A DNA stretch of 64,000 nucleotides from Octopus sinensis (GCF_006345805.1 NC_042998.1:21700001-21764000), one strand, 5' to 3'. Shown: positions 38,383-52,892, counted from the first letter of the stretch. Made by a program: numbers and translations. The notes: generated by a model not told the origin, from the sequence alone.

Positions 38383-38783
38383 TCTTTTACTTGTTTCAGA
38401 CATTTGACTGTGGCCATGCTGGAGCACCGCCTTTTAGTCGAGCAAATCGACCCCAGGACTTATTCTTTGTAAGCCTAGTACTTATTCTATCGGACACTTT
38501 TGCCGAACCGCTAAGTTACGGTGACGTAAACACACCAGCATCGGTTGTCAAGCGATGCTGTGGGGACAAACACAGACACAAACGTATACACACACACACA
38601 TATAGATATACACATATATACAACGGGCTTCTTTCAGTTTCCGTCTACCAAATCCACTCACAAGGCTTTGGTCAACCCGAGGCTATAGAAGACACTTTCC
38701 CAAGGTACCACACAGTGGAACTGAACTCGGAACCATGTGGTTAGGAAGCAAGCTTCTTACCATACAGCTACTCCTGTCTCTAT
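38383..38783 (-). mobile_element. SINE family A
   Basis: Complete copy. Confidence 0.85.
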
Positions 38784-39415
38784 AGTATATGGTTTTTTCA
38801 ATAAACTGCGAAAACCAGCAGAGGTGTACAAGGTTTAGATGTGGATATATTCAGAGAACACTTATGTAACGTTTGTTTTTGTTTTGGTTTGTTTATCCGA
38901 GATAACCGATGAACCCACATCACAAGAAATGCACACAAAGGCAGATTTATCCAATTCACTGATTTATACCAGAAGCAAATCATTGGCAGAAGTGTAGAAG
39001 TGAGAAGAAGCGAACTGAAATAAACTGGGAATCAACAGAATGACAACCGCCCACGGCTCAAGCAAATGACAGAGTGTGTGTGTGCGTGAGCGTGTATGAG
39101 TGAGTGAGCGCATGTGAGTGTGTGTGAGCGCATGTGTGTGTGAGTGCAGGTGTGTTGTGTATGCATGTAAGTGCAGGTGTGCGTGTGCGTGTGTGCGTGT
39201 GTGAGTGCAGGTGTGTGTGTGTGTCTGCAGGTGTGTGTGTGCGTGTGAGTGCTGGTGTGTGTGCGTGTGTGAGTGCAGGTGTGTGTGTGTGTGTGTGAGT
39301 GCAGGTGTGTGTGTGTGTGTGTGAGTGCAGGTGTGTGTGAGTGCGTGTAAGTGTGAGAGTAAGTTCGAGTGTGTGAGTGCGTGCACGCGCGTTCGACAGA
39401 CAGGTATATAGATGC

Positions 39416-39464
<49 letters not shown>

Positions 39465-40189
39465 TACATACGTACACACATACACACACGTACACATACA
39501 TACATGCATGTGTTTATAGGCATTCAGTGTCCCATGAGAAAGATTTGCACAATTCTCGTCTGCTCTTCGATCATACATGTGATTCCACGACTGGATCAGT
39601 GATGAAGAAACTGAGTCACAGATGGCCGTTTCGCACAATATCAAAACTGAATGACCAAACAAGTACCCCCTACGATACGATATAGCAATCAGAAGTGTGG
39701 AATCAATCATTGAAAGAAATTCGTAACAAACCGGACTGCAGGAAAAACATTATTAGTCAATAAGATTCGATATTTGGTCTTTGGTCAAAAGGCTTAAAAG
39801 GAAAAACTGCAGAAGTGTATGAAGCGATATTCGTTTTCGTATATTTATATGGGAGATTTTTTGTTACAAAATGATAAAAATGCCGTAAGAAAAGATAGCA
39901 TTTCAAATACATATTTATATCCATGGTGTGTGTGTGTATCTTATATATATATATATATATATATAATACAAATAAGAAAATGGAGAAACAAATTTAGTTT
40001 ATTACGGATATTATAATGTTAGATTATTTATTCATTTTACAAATGAGGACATCAAAAGCATACAAAATATTACATAAATCAATAGAGAAGATAATAATAC
40101 AAACAACAGTATATTGGATAAATGATATCCCATAGTGGGTTACACCCATAACCCCTATCTTACTTTGTACTATATATATATATATATAT

Positions 40190-40666
40190 CATTATTTATT
40201 TCGCTTTTTGTATTTGGTTTACAAGATTCTTCATGCGAATTCGTGTGTTGAAGCATATTTTATTGTGTTTGGGGAGAGTTATTCTCTTTTAGTGCCTTAT
40301 AATTTAACACACTCACCGGTTCGATTTCTACTCATTTTTTTTTTAATTTTCGTTGCGTCTTGCAACCTTTTCCATAGTCGTTGGCTCTGGGTGTGTGATA
40401 AATAAGACACTGTAAGGGAATGACTCTCCCCAGACACAATAATATTATTTATATAACAGGAAAGTTTACGAAAATAAACAAAAGACGAAGGCAGGTGGAG
40501 TACAAACAAACAAATATATTAATATAGCGCTCAGGAATAGAAATAGAAAAAGTCTTTTACGTTTCGAGCCTACGCTCTTCGATTGAAAGATACACAGAAA
40601 GAAAAAGAAGGAGAAAAACAAGGAGAGAAAAAAATGCGTGTAGGAGCTAACGATCTATCATGGCGT

Positions 40667-40668
<2 letters not shown>
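40190..40668. mobile_element. PLE-type repeat with internal inversion and hammerhead-like motif (40554-40589, minus)
   Basis: GGGGAGAGTTATTC / GAATGACTCTCCCC inversion; right part is the reverse complement of 15030-15200. Confidence 0.55.
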
Positions 40669-40703
<35 letters not shown>

Positions 40704-40756
40704 AAACAAGTTAAAATTAATGGTCAATAGATATTTTTCCTTCATTGGAGCAAATT

Positions 40757-40880
40757 TGGCTTACAGCTGTTTTCAGTAACCATTGTAGATACATTACTGA
40801 TAATTTTACTCAAGTTGTCTATTGATCAATTGAGGAAGATTGAACGACCAAGAAAATTAATGCTACTTTCATCACAGCCA
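40757..40880 (-). ncRNA. Degenerate long-stem-II hammerhead
   Basis: Minus strand: TGGCT-GTGATGA-AAGTA...TACT-GAAA-ACAGCTG-TA-AGCCA. Confidence 0.5.
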
Positions 40881-41282
40881 TTTCTGATTATAACAAAGCA
40901 GAGCACTGAAGGATTGGCTATTGTATGGGGGGGGGGGATACATATACTATATGGGGTTCACATTTTGGCACAAGGCCAGCAATTTCGAGTTAGGGGATAA
41001 GTCGACTACGACGAACTCAATCCTTGACTGCTACTTATTTTATCGATCCCGAGATAATGAAAGGCAAAGTTAACCTCGGCGGAATTTGAACTCAGAACGT
41101 AAAGACGGACGAAATACTGCTAACATTTTACCCGACGTGCTAACGATTTTGCCAGCTCACAGCCTTAACCGCCCCCCCCCCCCCACAAACATTACTAAAT
41201 GTATGAATGCATGTATACATACATATATACACGCACATATAAATATATATTACATATACACACACATCTCTGTATATATTTC

Positions 41283-41645
41283 TTTTTACTGGTTTCAGTC
41301 ATTTGACTGTGGCCATACTGGAGCACCGCCTTTAGACAAACAAATCGACCCCAGGAATTATTTTTTGTAAGCCAATACTTATTCTATCAGTTTCTTCTGC
41401 CGAACTGCTACTTACAGAGACGTAAACACACAAGCAATATTGGGGGAACAAATACAGACACACGAATACACACACATTATATATATATCGGGCTTGTTTC
41501 AATTTCTATCTACCAAATACATTCATAAGGCTTTGGTCGGCTCGAGGTTATAGAAGACAATTGCCCAAGGTGCCACGCAGTGGGACTGAACCCGGAAACA
41601 TGTTGGGAAGCAAGCTTCTTACCACACAGCCACTCCTGTGCCTGT
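41283..41645 (-). mobile_element. SINE family A
   Basis: Head and tail match the family. Confidence 0.8.
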
Positions 41646-41669
41646 ACGTATATACCAGGTAAATATGTA

Positions 41670-41720
<51 letters not shown>

Positions 41721-42439
41721 TACCATATCAATATACATGTGTGAGTATACTTATGAATACATGTATATTATATATATACACACACGAGTTGCATATGTAT
41801 GTATGCATACATACATACATAATACCACACGCGTGTACACGCACATACACACTTACACGGACGTACACGCGCGCTCACACACACACACTAAATATATATA
41901 TATATGTATATATAATAATAATAATAATAATTCAGGAAATTGCTGATCGAACGCAAAATATTTGTTGCAACGCATGATATCGGAAAAAAATTATCAACGG
42001 AAATTTCCCAAGTAAAAAAAAATGCCTTATAAAAAAAACAGACGTCAACAAATTAGTACTTAACACATTTACTTAATAACTTGTCAGCTATCGATAATGT
42101 ACAGACTTCGAGTTCCCATCGGGTAAAGAATAACAATACACAGAATCTCAGCAATTTTTATAGCGGAGGAAAATACTGTTGCCAACACAAGAAGACAAAT
42201 TCTTTAAACTCTCATGCATACATACGTTTAACCCTGATCAAATAACATAAATTTCGGCACAAACTTCCGACCAAAATATAAAGAAATTCGAACTTAAATT
42301 ACACTATCAGTCCCCTGAGACTGCTGGCGATAAAAGTATAGTAAATAATTGGCGATAAACCGTGAGACTAATATACAAGTACGGAAGCAACAAACAGAAA
42401 CGTAAATATAACCGCAAAAACGTACTGAACAAGAATCTC

Positions 42440-43015
42440 TAAGTAGTTCTGCAGGGCTAGAAAATTAACGGTAATAGTGTAATATGCAAGAGCGATAAGA
42501 GCAGCCTGTTTGTTATGAACAAAGGCGAATACGTTTAAAATATAGACGGTGGACTATATAATAACAGCAAATTCGTCAAAATTAGATAAGACAACACTGC
42601 GCAGCTGAATTAATTATTGGGGCAAACACTCATAAAGGATCTATCCGTTTACAGTAGTTTAGAACGGCAAATATAAAGTTGTCCCAAAAGTTCGTAAACA
42701 CTTGCGAAAATTTGAATTTTTATGCAATTTTTAATTGTTTGTTTGGGTTTATATTGTTATAGTTACCTTCATCTTTATATTCCAGATTTACGAACTTTTG
42801 GGACAACCTAATATTTATAGCATTAAGACAAGCAAAATAACTCTCTCCGACCCATAATTTCTGAAGTAGACACATCTACTCATACATAGACTCTCCAGAC
42901 GACTAGGTACTTTCATTTAAGGGTATAAAACGTTGAGATGTACAGCAAGCGATCATTTGATGAATTTAAAGAAATTCTACAGGATATTGACAAATTTCGT
43001 AACATTCTCACTATG
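42440..43015 (+). pseudogene. Decayed Penelope-like RT N-terminal remnant
   Basis: SVICKSDKSSLFVMNKGEY (cf. KADKG..VVMDK.DY) and NSLRPIISEVDTST (cf. PLRPIIS). Confidence 0.55.
42674..42811. mobile_element. Mariner-derived MITE
   Basis: TIR GTTGTCCCAAAAGTTCGTAAA / TTTACGAACTTTTGGGACAAC, TA flanks. Confidence 0.85.
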
Positions 43016-43194
43016 GTTATAGAGCAAGCAGTTCCGTTGATCGGTTCGACTGGAACCCTTGTCGTCGTAACCAACGGAGTACTAGTTTATGTATGTATGT
43101 ACGTACGTACGTGTGTAGTACTTACGCATATATGTCGTTATTCAGTTTTATTTAAAGATTTCTTATCAAAAGGGAAAGAGCGTACCAACAAGTA

Positions 43195-43575
43195 CTCCGA
43201 TGTACGTACGCATGCATGTACCTACGCATGCATATATGCATGTACGTACGCATGCATGTATGTACTCATGCATGTACGTACGCATGCATGTACGTACGCA
43301 TGCATATAGGTATGCATGTACGTACTCATGCATGTAGGTACGCATGTATGTATGTATGTACGCACGTACGCGTGTATGTATGCACGTACGCATGTATATA
43401 TGTATGTATGTATGCATGTACGTACGCATGTATGTATGTATGTACGTACGTACGTATGCATGCATGCACGTGTGCATGCATGTATGTACGTACGCATGCA
43501 TGTATGTATGTACGTATGCATGCATGCGTGTGTGTATATATGCATGCAAGCATGCACACACACACACACACACAC
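43195..43575. repeat. (ATGC/GTAC) tetranucleotide-type simple repeat
   Basis: Direct reading. Confidence 0.85.
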
Positions 43576-43871
43576 AAATGCTCTCACAGACACCATTTCC
43601 TGCGTATATTTAATGAAATGGCAATTTCACTGCCTTTGTTGTTTTCTCTCTTCTCTTTTTTTCTTCTTCTTCCTCTCCGTTACCTTTCTCGTTGAACACA
43701 CAGTTGCCACTCTAATTTTCCGATAACGTTTAGTTATGATTGAGTGTTCAATAGCTATTTCAAATGAAAAGCTCTTGGATTTGGATTTGGATTGCTCTTC
43801 GCTCCAATGATACGTGCTTGCATTCTCATGCGCTTGGGCACGCGCGTGCACACACACACGCGCGCGCAGAA

Positions 43872-43908
<37 letters not shown>

Positions 43909-44284
43909 TACACACACACACACACGCAGAAATACATGTACACAAACGTACACAATGATATAAATATGTATATAAATACACATGCATTCATATATGTGTG
44001 TATGTATGGACGTGTATATATAAATACATGTATAATATATAATACACGCTGGTCATAAATCGTTAGCACACTGGACAAAATGCTTAGCGGCATTTCGTCC
44101 GTCTTTCCACAGTTTGAGGTTCAAATCCTGCCGTTGATGACTTTGCCTTTCATATCGTTAAAATTAGTACCAGCTGAGCACTGGGGTCGATGTAATCGAC
44201 TTACTTCCCCCGCCCAAGTGCTGGCCTTGTGTCAAAATTTGAAATCAATATATGCTGGTCGTATTTGTAATCGTGTATAATTAT

Positions 44285-44592
44285 GTTTGTTGTTTGTTTC
44301 TTTCTTCTCGACCCACGCCTGGCTCATAAGGGCCGGTTTCCTTGGCGTATAGGTTCCCCACCTGGACGGGACGCAGGTCCGTCGCAGGTAAGCTGCAAGA
44401 TGCAGGAGGAGAGAGAGTGAAAGAAAGTTGTGGCGTAAGAGTCAGCAGAAGTTCGCCATTACCTTCTGCCGGAGCCGCATGGAGCTTAGGTATTTCGCTC
44501 ATAAACACACACATCGCCCAGTCTAAGATTCGAACCCGCGATCCCTCGACCGCGAGTCCGCTGCTCTAACCACTAAGCCATGTGTCTCCACG
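44285..44592 (-). mobile_element. SINE, family-B-like head with a different 3' tail
   Basis: Head GGAGACACATGGCTTAGTGGTTAGAGCAGCGG..GTTCGAATC; tail ..GAGCCAGGCGTGGGTCGAGAAG..AAACAAC. Confidence 0.8.
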
Positions 44593-44682
44593 TATATAAT
44601 TATACATGACTGTTAATGAGATAGTTTATTTACAAAATTATTTAACAAGTTATAAGCTTCTAACTATTATTAACTTTTAATT

Positions 44683-44882
44683 AAGGCGGCGAGCTGGCAG
44701 AATCGTTAGCACGCCGGCAAAATGCTTAGCATTTCGTCCGTCTTTACGTTCTGAGTTCGAATTCCGCCGAGGTCGACATCATATTTCAACCTTTCATGGT
44801 ACCAATAGAACACTAGGGTCGATGTAATCGACTAGCCCCCTCCCCCAAATTTCAGGCCTTGTGCCTATAGTAGAAAGGATTA
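44683..44882 (+). mobile_element. SINE family C
   Basis: AAGGCGGCGAGCTGGCAG head. Confidence 0.8.
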
Positions 44883-45059
44883 CTAACTTCTTAATGAAAA
44901 CCATTAAAAGAATAAGAGAACATTTATAAAACCTTTGTGTGTATCAAAGACATCGTATTTCATGTAGAGAATCTGTATTTGAAGCTAACTGTGGCAATTC
45001 TCTAATGGCGTATACTTAAAACGTATAAATTTATTGGATGAAACAAGGAGTCGATGAAC

Positions 45060-45560
45060 TACTGTTTCCGCTTTTCACATTTTTGTTTTTAAGTATTTTC
45101 TTCGAGAATGTTCGAGGCTTACAAACTAGTTTGTTGTTCTGCTTCTTAAATAACTTGTGTGAATGGCCTCTATTTGATGAATGATGAAATTCTAAGATTT
45201 CATGTTTGTGCGTTCCTTCACGCTGGCTTCTGTTCATTATTATTGGGTATATATCATATCCCCCACTTTTTCCTTCAGCCGAGCTCTGGAGACAAAACGA
45301 AAGGGTTAAATATCTAAGTTACTTGTTGCAATATATCAACTAATTCTCGCAATTGCGAAATCCCGGAATGTCTTAACTTCAAGTATCGATTTCGACATAG
45401 TAAACACCCAAGTTATCTCACGTCAGGATTGTCTTCCAAAAGTATGCAGTAACTTAAGACAATAAGACGCCATATTTTAATTCTGTGAAGATATTGCTGA
45501 AGAACTGGTGCTTAACATTACTTTATCCTTTAGAGCTGTAAACCTAATCAGTTGGAATAA
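45060..45560 (-). mobile_element. Decayed CR1/L2-group LINE 3' remnant
   Basis: SSNRGHSHKLFKK...FSK motif. Confidence 0.45.
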
Positions 45561-46299
45561 TTACTCTGCTTGTCAACTTACATTTAACATACTTTCATAA
45601 ATATTTGCTTCAGCACTTCTTTTTATATATTTAGCTTTAGTATGTCTTAAATCTATCTTTCTCTTGTCTTGTGACAGCTTAAAGCTGTTGTTTAGTTCCA
45701 AGTCAGCCGAGATCGAGTTGATTTATCATAAAAACCATTCCATCCGTGTTTATCTAGGCTGGAATAACTTTATCGGGGACTATATTACGCAACGTGTCCT
45801 TTATTTACGATAGCGGCATTTGATTTATGGGAGATATGGTTGCTATTTCTGTCAGGTCGAACGATCACTTAGAGACTCCCTGATTGGTTCATCTTGACAT
45901 TAGTTGACATCTTATACGATCGTTACCGCTATTTAACTTGAGTCATCGTCACTAAATAGATTATTTCCTTCCTCATATAGAAGTTACTACGTTGTACTTG
46001 AAGAGCATTTCCTTGGTATACAGTCTCGGATAATGGCGACACAGCAGTCAAAAAATCGTAAAAAATAAGGATTTTCATAGAAAAAAAGCACCTTTTTGAT
46101 GTTAATAATTTTTGGTGTTAACATGGTCCGATTTGAATTTGTTCTTCTACGGAAGGAAGAGCAAGCCTTCTTCTATCATACTCTCAATTTTGGTCAACTT
46201 GCGCCTCATGGTCTCGGAGGAGATAGTGTTAGTTGAAGGCTACCAAATCTGCCATACACAGAGACAACTTCAGCTTTATATATATAGAGAGAGATTTAA

Positions 46300-47520
46300 A
46301 ATGTTGGCCCTAGGCCAACAAACTTGGAGGAAGGTAAATCGATTACCTCAGACCCCAGTACTTAACTGGTACTTATTTCATTTACCCTCGAATGAATAAA
46401 AGACAACGTCGAGCGAGCTCGGAGAAATGTAAACTCAGAACATAAAGTCGGAAGAAATACTGCTAAGCTTTTTTCCCGGCGCGGTAAAGATTCTGCCAGC
46501 TTTCCGCCTTATCTTCCATTTTAATATTGGTTTCGAATTTTGGCACTCGGCCAGTAATTTCGGGGGAGGGGGCTAAGTCGATTACATTGACCCAGTGCTC
46601 GAATGGTACTTAATTTATCGATCCCGAAAGGATGAAAGATAAAATCAACCTCGGCGGAATCTTCGATTTTGGTATATGTTTCAAATTTTGGCAGAAGGCC
46701 AGTAATTTCGGGCAAGTGGTTAAGTCGATTACATCGGCCCCAGTGTTCAACTGGTACTTATTTTATCGACTCGAAAGGATGAAAGGCTAAGTCGGTCTCG
46801 GCAGAACTTGAACACTGAATGTAAAAACGGACGAAATACTGTTAAGCAGTTTGCCCGGCGTGCTAACAATTATTATTTCTTTACTACTCACAAGGGGCTA
46901 CACACAGAGGGGACAAAAATTCGAACTCAGAACGTAGCGGCAGGCGAAATACCTATTTCTTTACTACCCACAAGGGGCTAAACACAGAGAGGACAAACAA
47001 GGACAGACAAACGGATTAAGTCGATTATATCGACCCCAGTGCGTAACTGGTACTTATTTAAACGACCTCGAAAGGATGAAAGGCAAAGTTGAACTCGGCG
47101 GAATCTGAACTCAGAACGTAACAGCAGACGAAATACCTATTTATTTTTACTACCCACGAGGGGCTAAACATCAAGGAGACAAACAAGGACAGACAGAAGG
47201 ATTAAGTCGATTATGTCGACCTCAGTGCCTAACTGGTACTTGATTTATCGACCCCGAAAGGATGAAAGGCAAAGTCGACCTCGACGGAATTCGAACTCAG
47301 AACGTAACGGTAGACGAAATACCGCTAAGTATTTCGCTCGGCGTGCTAACGTTTCTGCCAGCTGGTCACCTTAAATAAATGTTTTATCAGTATCAAAACG
47401 GAAGACAGAGGATGTCCTTTTATCTTTTCGGGGTCGATAAAATAAGTACCAGTTGGTAATCGACTTACTTCTTCCTCGAAATTGCTAATCTTCTGCCAAA
47501 ATTTAAAACCAATATTGATA
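46300..47520. mobile_element. Cluster of SINE C copies and multimers, mostly minus strand
   Basis: Repeated GAAAGGATGAAAGGCAAAGTCGACCTCGGCGGAATTTGAACTCAGAAC. Confidence 0.8.
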
Positions 47521-48500
47521 AAACATCTACGCGTAGTTGCCTCTGCTCGTTTTACCAAAGAAAATATGTTAGATTTTAAATCCTCGAAAAGGAAACAAAA
47601 CAAGTTGTTCCTTTTTAAAATTGTGAGATTTCTAGAAATTTTCTAAAAGCTGTAATGCGTTCCATATCCTTACATTAGTATGTTCAAAAATATTTTTCTT
47701 AATAATAATTACTACCAACTGGTACTGGATAAATATGGAAGTAGATCTTGAAAGTATATTAGAAATGATTGGTTCAGTAATAAGGGGATAATGAGTTGAT
47801 ATTCGTCTAAATCAGAAGGATTTTTTAAGTTTATACGCCCTTTTATCGGCAATTAATGTTGAGAAGGTATTTCCGTCAAAGCAAGCACAGATTTAGCATG
47901 AAGATTTTTTAACTTCCGGTGCAGTTTGGATTACGTTTAGAAAACGAGATTACTATTGTCAATTCTGGAAACCACAATGGAATTAATGAAAACTTTAGAA
48001 TGATTAATGGCAGAAAAGTTTATCTTTCCTTTTTCTTTTCTTTTCTTTTTTCTTTTCTTTTCCTGTATTTCATGTTACGTTAAGGCGGCGAGTTGGCAGA
48101 GTCGTTAAGCACGCCGTGCAAAATACTAAACAGCATCTTGTCGGTCTGTACATTCTGAGTTCAATTTCCGCTAAGGTCAACATTGCCTTTCATCCTTTCG
48201 GAGTCGATAATTAAGTACAAGTTCAGCACTGGAGTTTGATGTAATAGACTTAACCCTGCTCCGAAAATGCTGACCCTGTGTCAAAATCTAAAACCAATAT
48301 TTCATGTTCTGCTGTGATGGCTGTTGTTATAGTAGTAGTAGTAGTTTAACTTCAGGCCTGTCATTCCTGTGTAGACCGATGATCAAAGGCGTTCCTGGCA
48401 CTACTATTCCATTATTTTATATATCTACGACATTGTCTAATGAGTCCCTTCATTGTCTTTAAAAAAAGTAGTAATAGTAGCAGTAATAGTAGTAATAGCA

Positions 48501-48888
48501 GTGGATAGAAGCACTCCGTCGGTTACGACGAGGAGGGTTCCCGTTGATCCAAATCAACGGAACAGCCTGCTCGTGAAATTAACGTGTAAGTGGCTGGGCA
48601 CTCCACAGACACGTGCACCCTTAACGTAGTTCTCGGGGATATTCAGCGTGACACAGAGAGTGACAAGGCCGGCCCTTTGAAATACAGGTACAACAGAAAC
48701 AGGAAGTAAGAGTGAGAGAAAGTTGTGGTGAAAGAGTACAGCAGGGATCACCACCATCCCCTGCCGGAGCCTCGTGGAGCTTTAGGTGTTTTCGCTCAAT
48801 AAACACTCAACGCCCGGTCTGGGAATCGAAACTGCGATCCTATGACCGCGAGTCCGCTGCCCTAACCACTGGGCCATTGCGCCTCCAC
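48501..48888 (-). mobile_element. SINE family B
   Basis: Near-identical to 24916-25303. Confidence 0.88.
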
Positions 48889-49307
48889 TGTAATAGCAGT
48901 AGTAGTATGGAGTCATGTAGTGTAAAAGTGCCTTGCTGTATATACTACTTGTTGGTGATTTACTACTCCCGGCAGGTGGCACCACTCCAACCCATGGGTC
49001 TATTTTGGGTATTCGTTGCTGGTGAGGACTTCACGAGGTCGGAGTACAAATCCTACCTCAACTTCCTTTTGTCGCTTATCAAACGCCCTCTTTTAGACAC
49101 GCAGGGGAAACGGTTAGCTTGTTCTTTGACATACCGGTCCCCACACAGCATAGCTATGTGTGATATCAGGGTATTTAGCTACTAATTCTTGCTGATCAAG
49201 CGACTGTCTTAAGATTCACCATACTGGGTCGGCGTACGTAACAAGTAGGACAGAGTATAAATAATGATTAAATTCATTGAATTCTATCACGGGGTTTATA
49301 TAGAATT

Positions 49308-49686
49308 TAGGCGCGGTAAGAAGATCACTTCTTAACCACATGGTCCCGGGTTCAGTCTCATTACTTGGCACTTCGGGCAAGTGTCTTCTACTATAGCCAC
49401 GGGCCAACCAAAGCCTTGAGTGGATTTGTTAGACGGAAACTGGTAGAAGCTCGTCCTGTATGTGTGTATCTGTGTTTGTCCCCCCCCCCCACCACCATCG
49501 TTTGACAGCCGGTGTTGGTGTGTTTATGTTTCCGTAAATTAGTAATTCGACCAAAGACACCGATACAATGAGTACCAGGCTTAAAAGAAGAAGGTAAGTA
49601 ATGGGATCGATTCATTCAATTAAAAACATTCTTCAAGGTGATGTCCCAGCATGGCCGCAGTCTAATGACTGAAACAAGAAAAAGAT
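49308..49686 (+). mobile_element. SINE family A
   Basis: Head and tail match the family. Confidence 0.8.
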
Positions 49687-49976
49687 AGATTCTATATAAA
49701 TAGGAAAATAAACTTCACTGAAAATTCCAGCCATTTCGACGTCGCCAAGTAATATTAGCCTTGAAACAGTCGAAATAGGTTACAGACGGAGATATTCTGA
49801 TGACGATTAATCTCAAAGAAGAGACGTTTGATCACCTATTCATTATAAATCACTCCAAATTCGTTGGTTTAGTTATGGTATGTTCAACTAGCTTGATATT
49901 TCTGACAGCCGGTAACAAATTGGTTTTATACAACGAATTTCTTACAATGTAAGACAGCTAAACATAATCAGTAACT

Positions 49977-50620
49977 GGTACTCCATCGATTACGACTATA
50001 AGTGTTCCAGTTGATTCGATCGACGGAACAGCCAGCTCGTGAAATTAAAGTGCAAATGGCTGAGCACTCCACAGACACGTGTACCCTTAACGTAGTGCTC
50101 AGTGAGATTCAGCGTGACACAGTGTGTGACAAGGGTGGACCTTTGAAATACAGATACTACTCATTTTTGCCAGCTGAGTGGACTGGAGCAATGTGAAATA
50201 AAGTGTCTTGCTCAAGGACACAATGCACTTCTGGGTATTGAACTTGTGACCTTACAATCGTGAGCCAAATAACTTATCCACTTGACCAAACACCTTCACT
50301 CTAATCTAATTCGTGGCACTCTATCAGTTGCAACAACAAAGGTTCCAGTTGATCCGATCAACGGAACAGCCTGCTCGTGAAAATGTGAAAGTAGCTGATC
50401 ACTCCACAGACATGTGTACCCTTAACCTAGTGCTCAATGAGATACAGCGTGACACAGAATGTGACAAGGCTGACCCCTTTGAATAACAAAGTACAACTTG
50501 TTTTTGCCAGCTGGGTAGACTGGAGCAACGTAAAGTAAAGTGTATTGCTCAAGAACACAACGAGCTGGGAATCGAACTCACGACCTTACATCCATAACTA
50601 CTAAACCACGCTGCTTCACA
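49977..50620 (-). mobile_element. Two older SINEs sharing the family B 3' half
   Basis: ACGGAACAGCC.GCTCGTGAAA..GAGCACTCCACAGACACGTGTACCCTTAAC present twice. Confidence 0.75.
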
Positions 50621-50973
50621 CATAATCAGTAATAATTATTTCTACTCAAAGTACAACGCCTTTAAATTTTGGAGGAATGGAGAGGGCTAGTTAATTATAT
50701 CGCTCCCAGTGCATAACTGGTACTTTATTTCATCGCCCCGGGCGGAATTTGATCTCAGAACGTAACAGCAGACGAAATACCTATTTCTTTACTACCCACA
50801 AGGGGGCTAAACACAGAGAGGACAAACAAGGACAGACAAACGGATTAAGTCGATTATATCGACCCCAGTGCGTAACTGGTACTTAATTTATCGACCCCGA
50901 AAGGATGAAAGGCAAAGTCGTGTGTGTGTGTATATATATATATACACACACACACGTGTATATATATATATAT

Positions 50974-51326
<353 letters not shown>

Positions 51327-51584
51327 GTGGGTATATAGCGTAGTTACTAACACTGGTTGTCAAGATGTGGAAGAAACAAAGACACGCACACATACACACG
51401 CATACTTGTGTGTGCGTGTATGAATGTTTGTATGTCTAAGTGTGTATGTATGAATATGTATACGATACACACAGACACATATGTACATATATAAATTGAT
51501 AAGTAGATGGCTACACAAACACACACTGTGACTACCCGTCATGCACATACAAGTGTGTATATCATACACACACACACACACACA

Positions 51585-52273
51585 TCGTTGCTATTATGCA
51601 AAAGTGTCGTAAGTCCAAAATGTTGCATTTTCAGAAAACAAAAAGATACATTCACCATTCCATAGCAAAACTATTGTACTACACTTTGACAATTTTTGAT
51701 ATCTTGGCATCTGAAGCAGCTGGAGATACGATAGTTTAACCAAAAGAACGGGCTTTGGATCTTTTCGGTTTGAACGGCAGTCTTTTCTAGCGGTGTCATA
51801 TGAAATTGTCACCCATAATTATGACCCTAGAATCGATCTATTGCATTTCAATCTCTTTTAGGGCTAGGGTTAGTTAGGGTTAGGGGTAGGGGGAAGGGTA
51901 TCTTTTTTTCTTCAGAAATGTAAATAAACCCAATTTGTTTCTTAAACGAGGGACATATCCATACGGCACAGAATGTTTTTTACCTCAATAGACGTCACTG
52001 ATTCGTTGAAATTGCAGAAATTGAAGAAAAAAAACAACAAATATCTTACAAACCATAGAATTTTCTCAATAAAGCCAAGAGAAAAAGATGTTTTATAAAC
52101 ACATTCTACCAGTATACGAAGTTTAAAAGTGTTTAGTTACGTGGAAATTATTTTTTTAAAAACTGCCGGTCAAACCGAAAAGATCCCGGGCTTTTGCAAG
52201 CAAAAATAAGTATTGTAAAAAAAATGCACTTGGCCAGATTTGGACATACGACAGTTTAACATAATAGCAACGA
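51585..52273. mobile_element. Unclassified TIR element hosting a nested MITE
   Basis: About 35-bp TIR TCGTTGCTATTATG..TGTCGTA.GTCCAAA / TTTGGAC.TACGACA..CATAATAGCAACGA. Confidence 0.75.
51757..52186. mobile_element. GG-terminal MITE with 8-bp TSD (Merlin-like) and internal TTAGGG-like repeats
   Basis: TIR GGATCTTTTCGGTTTGA.CGGCAGT; TSD CGGGCTTT at 51749-51756 and 52187-52194. Confidence 0.85.
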
Positions 52274-52892
52274 CATACATTTCGTAAGTCCTTGCGTACA
52301 TACGTACACACACCAGGAAAATAATGTTACATCACCGTAAAGCTTTTAACGAGACTCTTCTAGTGCCAAAAACTAGGTGCTCCAATTAGAAACATACTTC
52401 CCTCTTGGTACGTTCACACAATATTTTACTGCACATAATAATGTGATTGTAAAGAGAATGTGATATTAAATAACAATAGAAAAATGAACACGAAATAATC
52501 ATTACTCAGCATACAGCCATACAAGCGCAATCGGAAAATTACTATAAATATGGTGAGTATTTTAATAAAGCACGCGTTTGTTGCTATTAAAATACTTGAT
52601 AATATTTTCTAGATATTTCTATAATGAAATAAAATAGTTTCTACGTATGCTGTTCAATAAATTTCCTATATCACCATAGTTGCCAACACGTCTATAGAGG
52701 CATTTGGTTACAAGTGTGTACGTGTATGGACCTGTGTGAATGTAAGTTTATGTGTGTAATACGTATCATTGTTCTTTCTCTTCCTCTCTATCCCCACCTT
52801 TCTATCTCTCTCTTCCTCCTCCTCTTTCTTATAATTTATTGCTGTTGTTTTGTCCTTGTTTACCCGCCTAACTACCAAGTAACTATCTACCT

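Noticed and set aside
49795-49835. Hammerhead at CTGATGA (also CTGACGA at 54246)
   Set aside because: No properly placed GAAA or stems
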